Source of the DNA: an uncultured Clostridia bacterium
GTDB taxonomy: Bacteria; Bacillota; Clostridia; TANB77; CAG-508
Assembly (NCBI GenBank): GCA_949538735.1
Contig: CATGLK010000011.1
Span: forward strand, 766-64,765
Length of the DNA stretch: 64,000 nucleotides
Direction of reading: 5' to 3'
Shown here: in pieces, positions 37,798 to 48,782 of the stretch
How the letters are laid out: each line of letters opens with the position of its first letter
Numbering within the stretch: the stretch's first letter is position 1
Position numbers and translations under genes: made by a program
The notes under the pieces: generated by a model
The model's database searches: none
Told to the model about the DNA's origin: nothing
The model's input: only the letters and a program-made list of their open reading frames with translations

Positions 37798-40092
37798 CTA
37801 ATAATTATTTTTCATTTGATTTAATGTATTATTCATATTTGGTGTAAAAGTATTTCTACCTTTATTTCCTCCTGATGTTGGAGGTGTATATGTGTTTGTT
37901 AGCGGATATACCATATTTGATAGTTCTCTAAGTATCTGCATAAATCCTTTAGAATATCCTTTTAATGACAAACTACATTCTATCACATTTTGTAAATATT
38001 TTGCATATATTTCTTCTTCAAAAGGAATTGATATGTATTTTATTAGTGTGTTATCAAATAGTTTTGTCATAAATGACATTGCTGGGTCATTGTAATTCGC
38101 CATACCTGCGATTATTGCTTTTTCAGGTGTTTTTATTCTCACCATTTTATTTAATATAATTCTTAGTTTCTTTTCATCCAAAGCATCTTTTGCTTTTAAA
38201 TTTCTTAAAAATTCTGTTAGCGGTTGTATTGTTAGTATGTCTAATGTTTGTACTAAATATGTTTCTTGTGATTGTTTAAAATATCTAACTGGTGTTTCGA
38301 AATCTGTATCTATTAAAATTAATGTATGATTTTGTAATAGTGTTTCTAATATCTTGTCCGCATTTTCGATTCCTTCATCTTCGTTTGGCACTGATGTATA
38401 CACTGTTAAATTTTTATTTATTTGTATCCCGCTTGCTACTCCTTTTGTCAGGTCATATATACTATGTGTTGCAATTTCTCTTAGTTCTTCTTCATTATTA
38501 GTATATATGTAATATGAGTTTTTATTTCTTGTTGTGTCTAATATTGCTACATTTACTCCTGTTGAAGATAGTAATTCTGCTAGGTTGTTTACTATAAATG
38601 ATGTTCCATTTTTGCTTGTTCCTACAAATGTTACTATTTTTTTGTCTGATGATAGTAAATAAGATAAGTCAACTGTTTCTATGTTCTCTTTTTGTATGCT
38701 ATATTCTTGTCTTACTGGCTCTACTACTGTTCTTACTGGTTCTACTATTTGATGTTCTTCTGGTTTTTGATAATAATTTTGTTCTTCTGGCTCTTCATCA
38801 AATCCTGGTAGCATTGTATTGTTAATTGATTCGTTTTCTTCTTCATCATAGAAACTTGAAACTTTTTCTTCGTTTGAAGGTTCTTCTATTTCTTCAAATC
38901 CAGGTAATACAAAATCGTTATCTTCTTCTACCTTTTCGTCAACCTTTGGTAAAAAGTCTTCAATTGGTTCTTCTGTTTTGTTTTTTGGTGGCCTTCCCGG
39001 CTTCCTCTTTTCCTTCGGAGTTTCTTCCTTCTTGTTTTTCGGTGGCCTTCCTGGCTTTCTCTTTTCCTTTGGAGTTTCTTCCTTCTTGTTTTTTGGTGGC
39101 CTTCCCGGCTTTCTCTTTTCCTTTGGAGTTTCTTCTACCACTTCTGTTTCTTCTATTGAAGTTACTGGTTCTATTTCCTTAATCTCTTCAATTTCGTGTA
39201 CTTTTTCTTCTGAAACTTCTTTTGGTGCCTCTGTCTTCTTTCTAGCTAATTTCTTTTCACTGTTCATATCTATGTTTGTTGGGATTACTACTGATGTTGG
39301 TTTTATTCTTGGTTTATTTGATGACATTAAAAGTTTTTCGCTAGGACCTTGCTTTTCGTCTTCTTTGGTTTTTCTTATTTTATCTGAAACTTTATTGTTG
39401 AATGACATTACTTGTTGATATTTTGGTGACCTTTCTTCCAATACAGCTCTTACATTTAATGGCAAAAATTTGCTTATAATTCTTAGTTGAGTGTCATTGT
39501 ATTGTGCTGCTATATTGTCAAAGCTGTCTACAAATCTGTCTTCATTTTTTCCTAACCTTTTGTAATGTGCTAAAATATTTTGTATTTCCATTTCACTGAC
39601 ATCATTTTCGCTTTCGCTTTGATAGCTTACATTTTCAGCGTCTATTTTGTAGTATGCTTTTGCTTCTTTTTTTAGACGTGGTCTGTTTATCAATTTACAT
39701 ACTTCGTCAACACTTCTGTCTGTTCCTATTATTGCATTATATACACCTATTCCAAATATTTTTACTAGCATTTCTTCTGATTTTGTTCTTCTATCAGAAC
39801 ATATTAAAATTATTGGAATGTCATTTCCACGCATATTTGAAGCTTCATCACTTATACTGTCTAATTTTTCAAATATGAATTTGTCAATTTGGTCGTATTG
39901 TGTGTGTGTGAATGCTTCTAAGTCTTCACTTATTACTATTCTATCGTAATTTTTGTCTTTTTGTATTTCTTTCAATATTGCGTTAAAGTAATATACGTTT
40001 TTGTATGAAATGATTTGTTTGTATTCTTTTTGATATTTTTTTACAATTAATTCTGATATTTCTTCATTACTTACAGCAAATAGAACTTTCAT
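37798..40092 (-). CDS. TadZ/CpaE-like protein: receiver-like N-domain, three AT-hook repeats, degenerate MinD/ParA-like C-domain
   Basis: MKVLFAVSNEEISELIV... then TPKEKRKPGRPPKNKKEE three times, then ...VGTSKNGTS... (deviant Walker A). 764 aa. Confidence 0.5.
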   Translation of the reverse strand: MKVLFAVSNEEISELIVKKYQKEYKQIISYKNVYYFNAILKEIQKDKNYDRIVISEDLEAFTHTQYDQIDKFIFEKLDSISDEASNMRGNDIPIILICSDRRTKSEEMLVKIFGIGVYNAIIGTDRSVDEVCKLINRPRLKKEAKAYYKIDAENVSYQSESENDVSEMEIQNILAHYKRLGKNEDRFVDSFDNIAAQYNDTQLRIISKFLPLNVRAVLEERSPKYQQVMSFNNKVSDKIRKTKEDEKQGPSEKLLMSSNKPRIKPTSVVIPTNIDMNSEKKLARKKTEAPKEVSEEKVHEIEEIKEIEPVTSIEETEVVEETPKEKRKPGRPPKNKKEETPKEKRKPGRPPKNKKEETPKEKRKPGRPPKNKTEEPIEDFLPKVDEKVEEDNDFVLPGFEEIEEPSNEEKVSSFYDEEENESINNTMLPGFDEEPEEQNYYQKPEEHQIVEPVRTVVEPVRQEYSIQKENIETVDLSYLLSSDKKIVTFVGTSKNGTSFIVNNLAELLSSTGVNVAILDTTRNKNSYYIYTNNEEELREIATHSIYDLTKGVASGIQINKNLTVYTSVPNEDEGIENADKILETLLQNHTLILIDTDFETPVRYFKQSQETYLVQTLDILTIQPLTEFLRNLKAKDALDEKKLRIILNKMVRIKTPEKAIIAGMANYNDPAMSFMTKLFDNTLIKYISIPFEEEIYAKYLQNVIECSLSLKGYSKGFMQILRELSNMVYPLTNTYTPPTSGGNKGRNTFTPNMNNTLNQMKNNY
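38984..39145. repeat. Three near-perfect 57-bp tandem direct repeats inside the TadZ-like gene
   Basis: ggtggccttcc(c/t)ggctt(c/t)ctcttttcctt(c/t)ggagtttcttccttcttgtttt three times. Encodes the AT-hook copies. Confidence 0.8.
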
Positions 40093-40095
40093 TTG

Positions 40096-40524
40096 TTACC
40101 CCCTTCCAAATTTTACAAACACTGCAAATGCTAGTGGTAAGATTTGGCATATAATTAATATTGTTACAAAGCTTACTATTAAAGCCATTCCTCTTTCTAG
40201 TGTGTCTAATTTTCTTACACCTATTACATATTGATGTATGGCTCCCATTGCTATTCCTAAGAAACATAATGGTATACTGTATATTCTAACTAGATTTAAA
40301 ATGTATGCTACAAATCCGTAAGCGTCTGAACCATATTTTTCTTTATAGTCTTCTAATGAATTTGCTGCATTTTCTTTTATTTCTACTATTTTGCTTTCTG
40401 TTTTTTCATCAATTGCTTTTTCCGCTGCATATGATGTACTAACATTTAAGAATATTCCCATTATTAGTGCTAAAATTGTAACAATTAATACTATCTTTTT
40501 CATTTTCTTGCCCCTTTCTTCCAA
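40096..40524 (-). CDS. Hypothetical membrane protein with signal peptide
   Basis: 142 aa. 4-nt gap to the TadZ-like gene. Confidence 0.4.
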   Translation of the reverse strand: MEERGKKMKKIVLIVTILALIMGIFLNVSTSYAAEKAIDEKTESKIVEIKENAANSLEDYKEKYGSDAYGFVAYILNLVRIYSIPLCFLGIAMGAIHQYVIGVRKLDTLERGMALIVSFVTILIICQILPLAFAVFVKFGRG

Positions 40525-40603
40525 GTTCTTTTTGGCAAATTAGGCCTTATAAACTTTATACTTCTATATAATACAATAAATTGTAAAAAATAGCAAGAAT
40601 TTT

Positions 40604-41857
40604 TTACAATTTATTATATAAATATTTTATATGCTTATATACTGCATTTGCCCAGTTTTTATCTGTTGCATATTTTTTATTTATTCCTGTTAATGTTGGT
40701 CCATTATAATATGTAGCAACTGCCTTTTCTCCACCATAAATACTTGTTCCTTTTGGGTTTATATAGTATTTTACAAAAACTCTCGCAATTAAATCTATAC
40801 TTTCTGAATAATCTGAAAATTGATATGCACCATTATATGGATTGCTGTCATATGCTCCATATCCAAACAAATTATGCTTTTGATTAGCTATTTTTGACGT
40901 TCCCCACGTACTTTCGTGTATTCCAACTGCTGCAACAAAAACTCCATTAATATTATATTGTTTTTCTATGTAATAAAAATATTCTGCATTATTAGCAAAC
41001 ACTTTATTTGTATCTTTACTATCTGTTAAAATCTTTTTAAATTGTTCTAATGTCAATCCACTCGGTTTATTTAGTGCCATATCAAAACTTGGAGCTGCAA
41101 TTTTACCACCATTGCCACTATTGCTTGTGTTTCCTTGTTCTGGCTCATTCTTATTTATATATGTAGTATTTTCTGCTTTCACATATCCTGTTGTACCTGC
41201 TGTTGATATTCTATACCAATTATCATTTATTCCTAAAACTTTTAGTTCTGTATCCCTATCTAACGTTGTCAACTTTTCTGCTTCTTCATTTGGCTCTAGC
41301 ATAACACCCAATCTATCTGATGTTACATACACTATGTCTCCTACTTTTACTTTGTATGAACTTGTATACTTTCCTATACCTACTTCTACAATTTTATTTA
41401 CAGAAGCTTTTGTTATTTTAGAACTTATTTGCTCTTCTGCTTTTAGCACTCCATTTTCATATACTTTTCTTCGTGTTATCGCCTGCTTTCCACTTCTTCC
41501 TTCTTGTATAACTTGAACCATACCTTTTGGAAGTTCTGGATTATTCTGATATTTTGTTATGTATTCTAAATCTATTTCTTCTGTATAATATTCTTCCTGT
41601 TCATCACTTATATTATTTGCAATAATTTCATCTATATTTATTGGACTTGCATTACTTATTTTTATCTCTTCTATCTCTTGTTCACTTTTTGCAAGTACTT
41701 CACTCGTCTTTAAGTAATGGTCATAAAATACTATTCCCATTAATATAATAGTAATAGATGCCAAAAATATTGCTACATTTATGTATTTCCTTCTTTTATC
41801 TTTCGCTTTCATTTTATCACCTAATATAATTCTACCTTTTTCGTGTTTTTTTGTCAA
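40604..41857 (-). CDS. Cell-wall hydrolase: G5 + SH3b + mannosyl-glycoprotein endo-beta-N-acetylglucosaminidase domain
   Basis: C-terminal FVAAVGIHESTWGTS glucosaminidase motif. N-terminal TM anchor. Confidence 0.65.
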   Translation of the reverse strand: MTKKHEKGRIILGDKMKAKDKRRKYINVAIFLASITIILMGIVFYDHYLKTSEVLAKSEQEIEEIKISNASPINIDEIIANNISDEQEEYYTEEIDLEYITKYQNNPELPKGMVQVIQEGRSGKQAITRRKVYENGVLKAEEQISSKITKASVNKIVEVGIGKYTSSYKVKVGDIVYVTSDRLGVMLEPNEEAEKLTTLDRDTELKVLGINDNWYRISTAGTTGYVKAENTTYINKNEPEQGNTSNSGNGGKIAAPSFDMALNKPSGLTLEQFKKILTDSKDTNKVFANNAEYFYYIEKQYNINGVFVAAVGIHESTWGTSKIANQKHNLFGYGAYDSNPYNGAYQFSDYSESIDLIARVFVKYYINPKGTSIYGGEKAVATYYNGPTLTGINKKYATDKNWANAVYKHIKYLYNKL

Positions 41858-41919
41858 TTTAAAATTATGGAAATTTTTATAACACTTGATTTTATTTAAA
41901 ATTTATACTATTATATAAA

Positions 41920-41981
41920 TTGCCATTAGGGACGGACCTTTTTGGCAATAAATTGTCAAAAAGGTCCGTCCCCAGTGGCAA
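41920..41981. repeat. A-family repeat pair A2 (inverted) in the 5' UTR of the 41994 gene
   Basis: ttgccattagggacggacctttttggcaa-taaa-ttgtcaaaaaggtccgtccccagtggcaa. Confidence 0.8.
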
Positions 41982-41993
41982 AAAGGAGAAATT

Positions 41994-42797
41994 ATGGATA
42001 AGAAAAAAGTTATATTGACTGTTTTAACAGCAATTTTGATTTTTATAATACTTACAATTACATATTTATTTTTTAATAGGGCTATTTTAAAAAGTAGGCT
42101 TGAAAATAATTTACTTTCGTTTGCAAGTAAGAATGAAAAGACTGTATTTTCAATTGATAAGATTACTTTTTTTAGTAGTTGTGATGCTAAAAATAAGACT
42201 GCTACTAGTTCAAATTTTACAATTGAAAATTTATATCAATACACAGATATGGCTTTTTTTATAAGTAGTCCTAGTGATAGTGGAGAGAAAAATTTAGAGA
42301 ATACGTTTAAAAAGGTTTATATTGATAATATCAAATATGAGCAATCACCAACGTTAGGCGAGCCAAAGTTGTATTACAAAAATATTAATAATTTTGCTAA
42401 GAGTGATATAATAGATGAAAACTTGATTGACAATAAGTTGGAGTTTGAGATAACTTCAGAGGATGAGACTGATTTGAATAAACCTACTTTGTATAATAAT
42501 TTAGCAAATCCTATTGTGCTTAGCTATGTTAATAGTAATATAAAGTCTGATTATACTTTAACAGATACGTCAAAGCCTCTTACTTATGATGGTTCGTTAT
42601 TAAAAAGTTGCAATGTTTTATTAAATAATATAGCTTGCAAAGTTTCATTTGATATATACATTACAAATAATTTAGATCAAGAGTTTAAAACTACTGTATA
42701 TGCTAGTTTACCATTAGAGACAGAAGAAAGATCTATATATGATGGTAATGTTACTCTAAAACAAGATACTAATTTTATTTTTTATAGATATAAATAA
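41994..42797 (+). CDS. Hypothetical membrane-anchored protein
   Basis: 267 aa with an N-terminal TM segment. RBS aaaaggag. Confidence 0.4.
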   Translation: MDKKKVILTVLTAILIFIILTITYLFFNRAILKSRLENNLLSFASKNEKTVFSIDKITFFSSCDAKNKTATSSNFTIENLYQYTDMAFFISSPSDSGEKNLENTFKKVYIDNIKYEQSPTLGEPKLYYKNINNFAKSDIIDENLIDNKLEFEITSEDETDLNKPTLYNNLANPIVLSYVNSNIKSDYTLTDTSKPLTYDGSLLKSCNVLLNNIACKVSFDIYITNNLDQEFKTTVYASLPLETEERSIYDGNVTLKQDTNFIFYRYK

Positions 42798-42812
42798 AAA
42801 AGATAGGAAGGA

Positions 42813-44549
42813 ATGAATTTAAAAATGAGCAAAAAACAAAGTCTTACTGTTGCAGAGCAATTAAGAGAAAAATATCACAAAACAGAAGAAGTTACAAATT
42901 TAAAGGATATGCTTTATCGTTCAGGCGATATTTATCGTAATAGAACAGCTTTTAAGAAGAAAAATAAAAATGGAGAAATTGAAACTGTTACATATGAACA
43001 GTTCAAAAATGATGTTGTTAACCTTGGTACTAGTTTAATTGATAAAGGTTTTTTAAATAGACGTATTGCGGTTATTGGTAAAAATAGTTATGATTGGTGC
43101 GTTTCTTATATGGCTGCTACTATTGTTGGTATTGTTGTTCCTATTGATAAAGAGTTACATACTGATGATGTTATTAATTTTATGAATGTTTCTCAAACTG
43201 TGTGTATTTTGGGAGATGATAAAAATTTATCTTCTATTTTAGATAACATACAAAAGGTTGAAAATCCTGATACTGAGTTCATTACTTTTGAAAAGAACTT
43301 TGCTTCTGTTTTAGAAACTGGGAAAAAGTCTTATGAAAATGGAAACACAAAATTTGATGATATAACTATTGACCCTGATGAGTTACGTATTTTACTATTT
43401 ACTTCTGGTACAACTGGAAGTGCTAAGGGTGTGTGTTTATCTCAAAGAAATATATGCTCAAATATATTATCAATATATGGAATTGTAAAAGTAAAAAGAA
43501 GTGATTTATTTTTATCAATTTTACCACTACATCATACTTATGAATGTACAATTGGATTTTTACTACCTATTTACAGTGGTGCGAGTGTTGCACATTGTGA
43601 AGGACTAAGATATATTGCAAAAAATATGCAAGAGTATCATCCTTCTGTTATTTTATGTGTACCATTGCTTTTAGAGAATTTGCACAAAAATATTGTAAAA
43701 AATATGAATAAAACTTTACCTGAAAAATATAGAAATTCTAATGGCGAAACCCCTTATTCTAGCTTACCTTTCTTTATGAAGAAAATTGTTAGAAATAAAG
43801 TTAAAAATACTTTGGGCGGAAGGCTTCGTGTATTTATTGTTGGTGCAGCTGCTGCAAATCCAAATATTTTATCAGATTTTAGAGATTTAAAATTGAATAC
43901 TTTACAAGGATATGGTTTGACAGAATGTGCCCCACTAGTTGCTGGAAATACGGACTTTTTCCAAAGGGATGATTCTGCTGGACTTCCTATTCCAAATGTG
44001 GAATATAAAATTGATTCGCCAAATGATGAAGGTGTTGGAGAAATTCTTGTTAAGGGTCCAAATGTTATGCTTGGATATTATGAAGATGAAGAAAAAACAA
44101 ATCAAACTATTGTTGATGGCTGGTTCCATACTGGCGATTTAGGTAAAATTGATGAAAATGGTTATTTATATATTACTGGTAGATGTAAAAGTGTTATTGT
44201 TACTAAAAATGGTAAAAACATTTATCCTGAAGAAGTTGAGTATTATTTAAATGATAATCCTTTAATTTCTGAGGCTCTAGTATTAGGCATTCACAAAGAA
44301 AATGATGATGAAACTTATATAAATGCTCAAATTTATCCAAATATTCAGGCTATTACAGAATATTTAAAAGGTAGTGTTCCTACTAAGGAAGAAATTTGGA
44401 AGGTTATGTCTGATGTTGTTAGCAATGTTAATAAAAAACTTCCTAATTACAAACATATTAAAAGCTTTGGTGTTCGTGATAAAGAATTTGAGAAAACTAC
44501 TACTCAAAAAGTTAAGCGCTATGGCGATAATATGAAAGTTGATAAATAA
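42813..44549 (+). CDS. AMP-dependent long-chain fatty-acid--CoA ligase
   Basis: LFTSGTTGSAKGV AMP-binding motif. Confidence 0.8.
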   Translation: MNLKMSKKQSLTVAEQLREKYHKTEEVTNLKDMLYRSGDIYRNRTAFKKKNKNGEIETVTYEQFKNDVVNLGTSLIDKGFLNRRIAVIGKNSYDWCVSYMAATIVGIVVPIDKELHTDDVINFMNVSQTVCILGDDKNLSSILDNIQKVENPDTEFITFEKNFASVLETGKKSYENGNTKFDDITIDPDELRILLFTSGTTGSAKGVCLSQRNICSNILSIYGIVKVKRSDLFLSILPLHHTYECTIGFLLPIYSGASVAHCEGLRYIAKNMQEYHPSVILCVPLLLENLHKNIVKNMNKTLPEKYRNSNGETPYSSLPFFMKKIVRNKVKNTLGGRLRVFIVGAAAANPNILSDFRDLKLNTLQGYGLTECAPLVAGNTDFFQRDDSAGLPIPNVEYKIDSPNDEGVGEILVKGPNVMLGYYEDEEKTNQTIVDGWFHTGDLGKIDENGYLYITGRCKSVIVTKNGKNIYPEEVEYYLNDNPLISEALVLGIHKENDDETYINAQIYPNIQAITEYLKGSVPTKEEIWKVMSDVVSNVNKKLPNYKHIKSFGVRDKEFEKTTTQKVKRYGDNMKVDK

Positions 44550-44609
44550 AAGTAGAATGAAAAGAACTCAAATTGTTAAACTTTTTGTCTAACAATTTGG
44601 GTTCTTTTA

Positions 44610-46136
44610 CTATTTCGATTCCTTTTTAAAAACTTTTGAATATATTCTTTTAAATATTTCGCCTATATTAGTTTCACAATTTATCTTTATAGATGCTATT
44701 GGAATTAACACTACTATGTATGGGATTATATATCTTGACTTCGCTTCCCATAGAATATGAAATGCAAATCCACCAATGAAAACAGTAATCAAGAAAAGTG
44801 CCTCTAATGAAATGTCTTTTCTATTTTTTATTAAAAAAGTAATACAACATACGCAGATTACCAATAATAATGCTTTTTGATAAAACATCAATATACCTGT
44901 TCCATTTTCTATTGGGTCATTTTCTTTTACTATATTGCTCCTTATTGCAGAATATGTATTTTCTGTCCACATAGATGTCACTTTTTTTGTATAAAATTCT
45001 AGTGTATAACCAGGATTTTGAGCAAAGTATGCTAGCCTTTGTTTTACTTCATCTACATATTCTTCTTTTGCTTGTTCTATATTTTTCAAGGCATATTCGC
45101 CTCTTTTTTCGTTATACCATCCGTTTCCACGCCATGATTCTTCCATAGCCATTAAGATATAACTTATTGTAGGGTATTCTGCTTTTTTATCCATGTTGTA
45201 TTTATCTAAATAATAGTTTTGTACTAACCCTGCTGGTACAATAGAAATGATGATATACATTAAAATTATTAGTGTTTCGATTAGATTTTGTTTCCAGTTC
45301 TTGTTTTTTATTTCTTTAAATAAACTAAATATTAGATACATTGTAGTTGCAATTATAAAAATCAAACTATTCATTCTCATCATATATGCTATCATTGTAA
45401 AAACTGCTGCAAATATTGGATATTTAATTTTTTTAGTTTCTGTATATTTCATCATAAAATATATTGCAAATAAACATAGCGCTAGGCTTGGTATGTCTCC
45501 ATATATGAATGTTGATAGCATTGGTATTGATATGAATGTTAGTGTTAATAAAAATAATCTTACATTGTTTATTTCATATTTTTTTGATAGTTGTTTGCCT
45601 ATTTTATATAGAGCAACTATCATTAATATATTTCCTATAACATTTAATGCTCTTAGGATTTCAATTACATCAAAGTGTATTATTCTGAAAAATATGCTAA
45701 ATACAAATGATAGTGAAATTTGTTGGTGATATGATTGCATGTATTGTCCTAATGGTATTCCTGCATATGTCATATTTGGTAAGTATTGTCCTAAGTTGTT
45801 GTTGTAAAAAGTTTGTGCTAAATTACAGGCATGAATTTGATCTCCAACAATCGGCGGATTTACTAATATAACCCATATTATATTAAATATTATGTATGCA
45901 ATAATTGCTATAATTAGTATTCGCTTTTTGCTTTCTTTTGTTTCTATGTGTTCATTGATTTTTTTGGTGAGCATGTATATGATTATTCCGCTTGCTATTA
46001 TTCCTATTGTGTATATTAGTGTATTGTTACTGATTGTGATGTGTTCTGATGTGTCGAGTTTTGCTGTGAATATTAAGTTTAGTATTACTATGATTGCTAG
46101 GAATGTTATTCCTAATATTTGTATGATTTTTTTCAT
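44610..46136 (-). CDS. Polytopic membrane protein, GT-C-type glycosyltransferase-like (PMT/ArnT fold)
   Basis: 508 aa with more than 10 TM segments and an extracytoplasmic domain. Confidence 0.45.
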   Translation of the reverse strand: MKKIIQILGITFLAIIVILNLIFTAKLDTSEHITISNNTLIYTIGIIASGIIIYMLTKKINEHIETKESKKRILIIAIIAYIIFNIIWVILVNPPIVGDQIHACNLAQTFYNNNLGQYLPNMTYAGIPLGQYMQSYHQQISLSFVFSIFFRIIHFDVIEILRALNVIGNILMIVALYKIGKQLSKKYEINNVRLFLLTLTFISIPMLSTFIYGDIPSLALCLFAIYFMMKYTETKKIKYPIFAAVFTMIAYMMRMNSLIFIIATTMYLIFSLFKEIKNKNWKQNLIETLIILMYIIISIVPAGLVQNYYLDKYNMDKKAEYPTISYILMAMEESWRGNGWYNEKRGEYALKNIEQAKEEYVDEVKQRLAYFAQNPGYTLEFYTKKVTSMWTENTYSAIRSNIVKENDPIENGTGILMFYQKALLLVICVCCITFLIKNRKDISLEALFLITVFIGGFAFHILWEAKSRYIIPYIVVLIPIASIKINCETNIGEIFKRIYSKVFKKESK

Positions 46137-46169
46137 TTTCTATCTCTTTTCTTTTAACACTTTATTTTT

Positions 46170-46752
46170 TTACTCATACCACTTTGCAAATTCCTGCATC
46201 GCCTGTACTGAGCCATCAATTTTCCTTCTATTTTCTCTCTCATCTGAATCCATTTGGGCTAAGGTTTTATCAAATCCTTTTGGCTTAAAAACATACCATA
46301 AGTCAGACCATTTTTCTTCTCTATCAATTCCTTGAATTTCCTTTGACAAATTTCCGTGGATGTTTCCCATAAAAATAGTGGATTTCTTTTCCGTCGTGAT
46401 ATGCTAGACATTCGTTAAATGAACACGTTCTGTTTTCTTTATTTTCCATTAGTCTTAACATTCCTTGTATTCCTATTGTGTCTAAAGCAAAGTTTACAAA
46501 TGCTCTTGGAAAACCGTTTAATTCGTCAATTCTAAAATCTGTATCAAGAGCTATACATGGTCTTTTTACTATTTCATATGCTTGTTTTACTTTTGCCGTG
46601 GCTATTTCTTTTATATCATCACTTCTTGGTTCGTCTAGTTCATAGTTGAATGTCGTGAATTTTAGATTTTTAAAGTATTTTTCGGCTGATTTTATTTTTC
46701 CTGTATTATGTGTTACAAAAACTATCTCTTTTTCCATTTTGTTTCTCCTCAT
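46170..46752 (-). CDS. Ham1/RdgB-family NTP pyrophosphatase-like protein, with one +1 frame break near 46356
   Basis: EIVFVTHNTGKIKSAE N-terminus. ORFs 46324..46752 and 46170..46370 overlap. The only in-frame CGG lies at the overlap. Confidence 0.55.
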
Positions 46753-46766
46753 TTTTCTGTTTATTA

Positions 46767-46955
46767 TTATTTTAATACTAATGCTTTTTTAGGGCAAAAG
46801 TTTGAGCATTTGCCACATCTTATACATTTATCATAATCGATTTTTGGTGCTTCAAAGTCCTTCTGGCTTAATGCTCCTACTGGGCAAACTTTTACAGCTG
46901 GACACTTATGATTTTGTGGGCAATTCTCTGTTATTATTTTTAATGTTTTTTCCAT
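46767..46955 (-). CDS. Small 4Fe-4S ferredoxin-like protein
   Basis: CIRCGKCSNFCP plus a second Cys cluster. Confidence 0.6.
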   Translation of the reverse strand: MEKTLKIITENCPQNHKCPAVKVCPVGALSQKDFEAPKIDYDKCIRCGKCSNFCPKKALVLK

Positions 46956-47119
46956 ATTTGTCTCCTTTCAAATTTCTCTACTTTATATTTATGATTTTCT
47001 TGGCATTTTATCTCTTATTGGAATATATCTTTTTATTTTTCTCTCCTAATAAAATTACTACATAGTTATCATATAAAATTATTGTCATCTGAATAAATTT
47101 TTCTCATAAATCGAAATTT

Positions 47120-47548
47120 TTACAAAATTTTCCTTCTTCTAGCTTCTTCTAATAATTTTGGTTGAATTTTAGGATATGTCCAGTTATCTACTAAATCATC
47201 TGTTAAAATAACTTTTTCTATTTCATAACATAATTTTTCATCAAAACTTTTAATATCTGCATAATAAAGCATTCCAAAAGTTTCTTGTCCATCAAAATTA
47301 TTAGGTGCTGTTACAGAATATGCACAAATTGGTTTGATATTAAAATCTATTGCACCTGTTTCTTCATTTAGCTCTCTTTTAGCTGTTTCTAATATATCTT
47401 CGCCTGCTTCTCTATGTCCTCCTGGCACTTCGTATGTATCTCTATCTTTGTGTTTACAAAACACCCATTGATTATTTGATTTTGCTATTATTACAGCAAA
47501 TTTGAATAATTTTTCATCAACTTTATCATAAAAATTAATTTTCGTCAT
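47120..47548 (-). CDS. NUDIX hydrolase
   Basis: Nudix box GGHREAGEDILETAKRELNEETG. Confidence 0.8.
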   Translation of the reverse strand: MTKINFYDKVDEKLFKFAVIIAKSNNQWVFCKHKDRDTYEVPGGHREAGEDILETAKRELNEETGAIDFNIKPICAYSVTAPNNFDGQETFGMLYYADIKSFDEKLCYEIEKVILTDDLVDNWTYPKIQPKLLEEARRRKIL

Positions 47549-47604
47549 AATATTCTTCTCCTTTTCTTTATTCCTAAATCCTAATATTTAAAACTTTTTT
47601 ATGG

Positions 47605-48294
47605 TTACAATACAAATGGAATGACTTTATATTTGACTTTGCTTTTATATTCTGTATATCCTACTAGTTCTTTTTCTAATACCTTTTCCTCATTCTTAAT
47701 CCTTTTACTAATTATAATTGGATACATTAAAAAAATCACAAATGATATAATAGAACCTAAAATTAAAGGCATTGTTAAGAATAACAAAATAGTTACTGCA
47801 TACATTGGGTGTCTTACAATTCCATATAATCCTTTGTCAATTACTTTTTGATTTTCTTGTACTTCGATTGTACGTGATAAATATGTATTTTCTCTTAATA
47901 TTTCTGCATATAAAATATATGCCAATATAAATAAAATTGAAGCAATAATTACTACTATATTAGGGATTGTTATCCAACTATATCTATAATTTAGTCCTGC
48001 AATTATAAACCCAAATAAAAACATTAAACCACTAAATGCAAGCACTTGTTTTTGTTCGCTTTCTTTTTCTTTTGTATTTAGTCTTTTTCTTAATAGTTCT
48101 GGATTTTTTATCATTAAAACAATTCCTGCAATAAGCATTGGAACAAATAGAAGTCCCATAAATAACCATCCATTCCAGTAATAAATAGTGTTTGCAGGTA
48201 TGAATAATAATAATCCTATTACTAGTACACCTAAAGTAAATTTTATAGCTGCTTGAAAAAGTAATTTTATATCCATAATTTTTATATCCCCCAT
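47605..48294 (-). CDS. Isoprenylcysteine carboxyl methyltransferase-family membrane protein
   Basis: Several TM segments. GLYGIVRHPMY motif. Confidence 0.65.
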   Translation of the reverse strand: MGDIKIMDIKLLFQAAIKFTLGVLVIGLLLFIPANTIYYWNGWLFMGLLFVPMLIAGIVLMIKNPELLRKRLNTKEKESEQKQVLAFSGLMFLFGFIIAGLNYRYSWITIPNIVVIIASILFILAYILYAEILRENTYLSRTIEVQENQKVIDKGLYGIVRHPMYAVTILLFLTMPLILGSIISFVIFLMYPIIISKRIKNEEKVLEKELVGYTEYKSKVKYKVIPFVL

Positions 48295-48329
48295 TTTCTT
48301 TTATCTATCACATCTCAAATTTTACTATA

Positions 48330-48782
48330 TTATAAGTCAAATTTATATAGCTTTTCATTATTGTTTAGTTTTCTTATAAAAATAGCGCCAAATTTCTCAT
48401 AATAATTCGACAAATCTGTCTTTAAGTATAAAGTTTCAAAATTTCGCTTTTTAGCTTCATTTAATATTGCATCATTTAATAATCTTGAATATCCTTGATT
48501 TCTATATTCCTTCTTTACATACATTGTCGCATACCAAGGAGTCAATTCTTTTTCTTCTTCGCAATCGTTAGGAAAGATTGATATAAATCCTATTAATTTA
48601 TGATTATCCACTAAAATTAGTTTGCAAAATGATTTATCTGAAAACATATTACAAATTTTTTCTTTTTTTCTTTCAATTCTAGCTTGTTTATTTTCTTCTT
48701 TATTACTAGCCCATTCTTCATATTCTAAAATTGCAACTTCTTCTAAATATTCCAATTTATCTTGTAAATTATATATTTTCAT
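48330..48782 (-). CDS. GNAT-family N-acetyltransferase
   Basis: 150 aa GNAT fold motifs. Confidence 0.6.
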   Translation of the reverse strand: MKIYNLQDKLEYLEEVAILEYEEWASNKEENKQARIERKKEKICNMFSDKSFCKLILVDNHKLIGFISIFPNDCEEEKELTPWYATMYVKKEYRNQGYSRLLNDAILNEAKKRNFETLYLKTDLSNYYEKFGAIFIRKLNNNEKLYKFDL

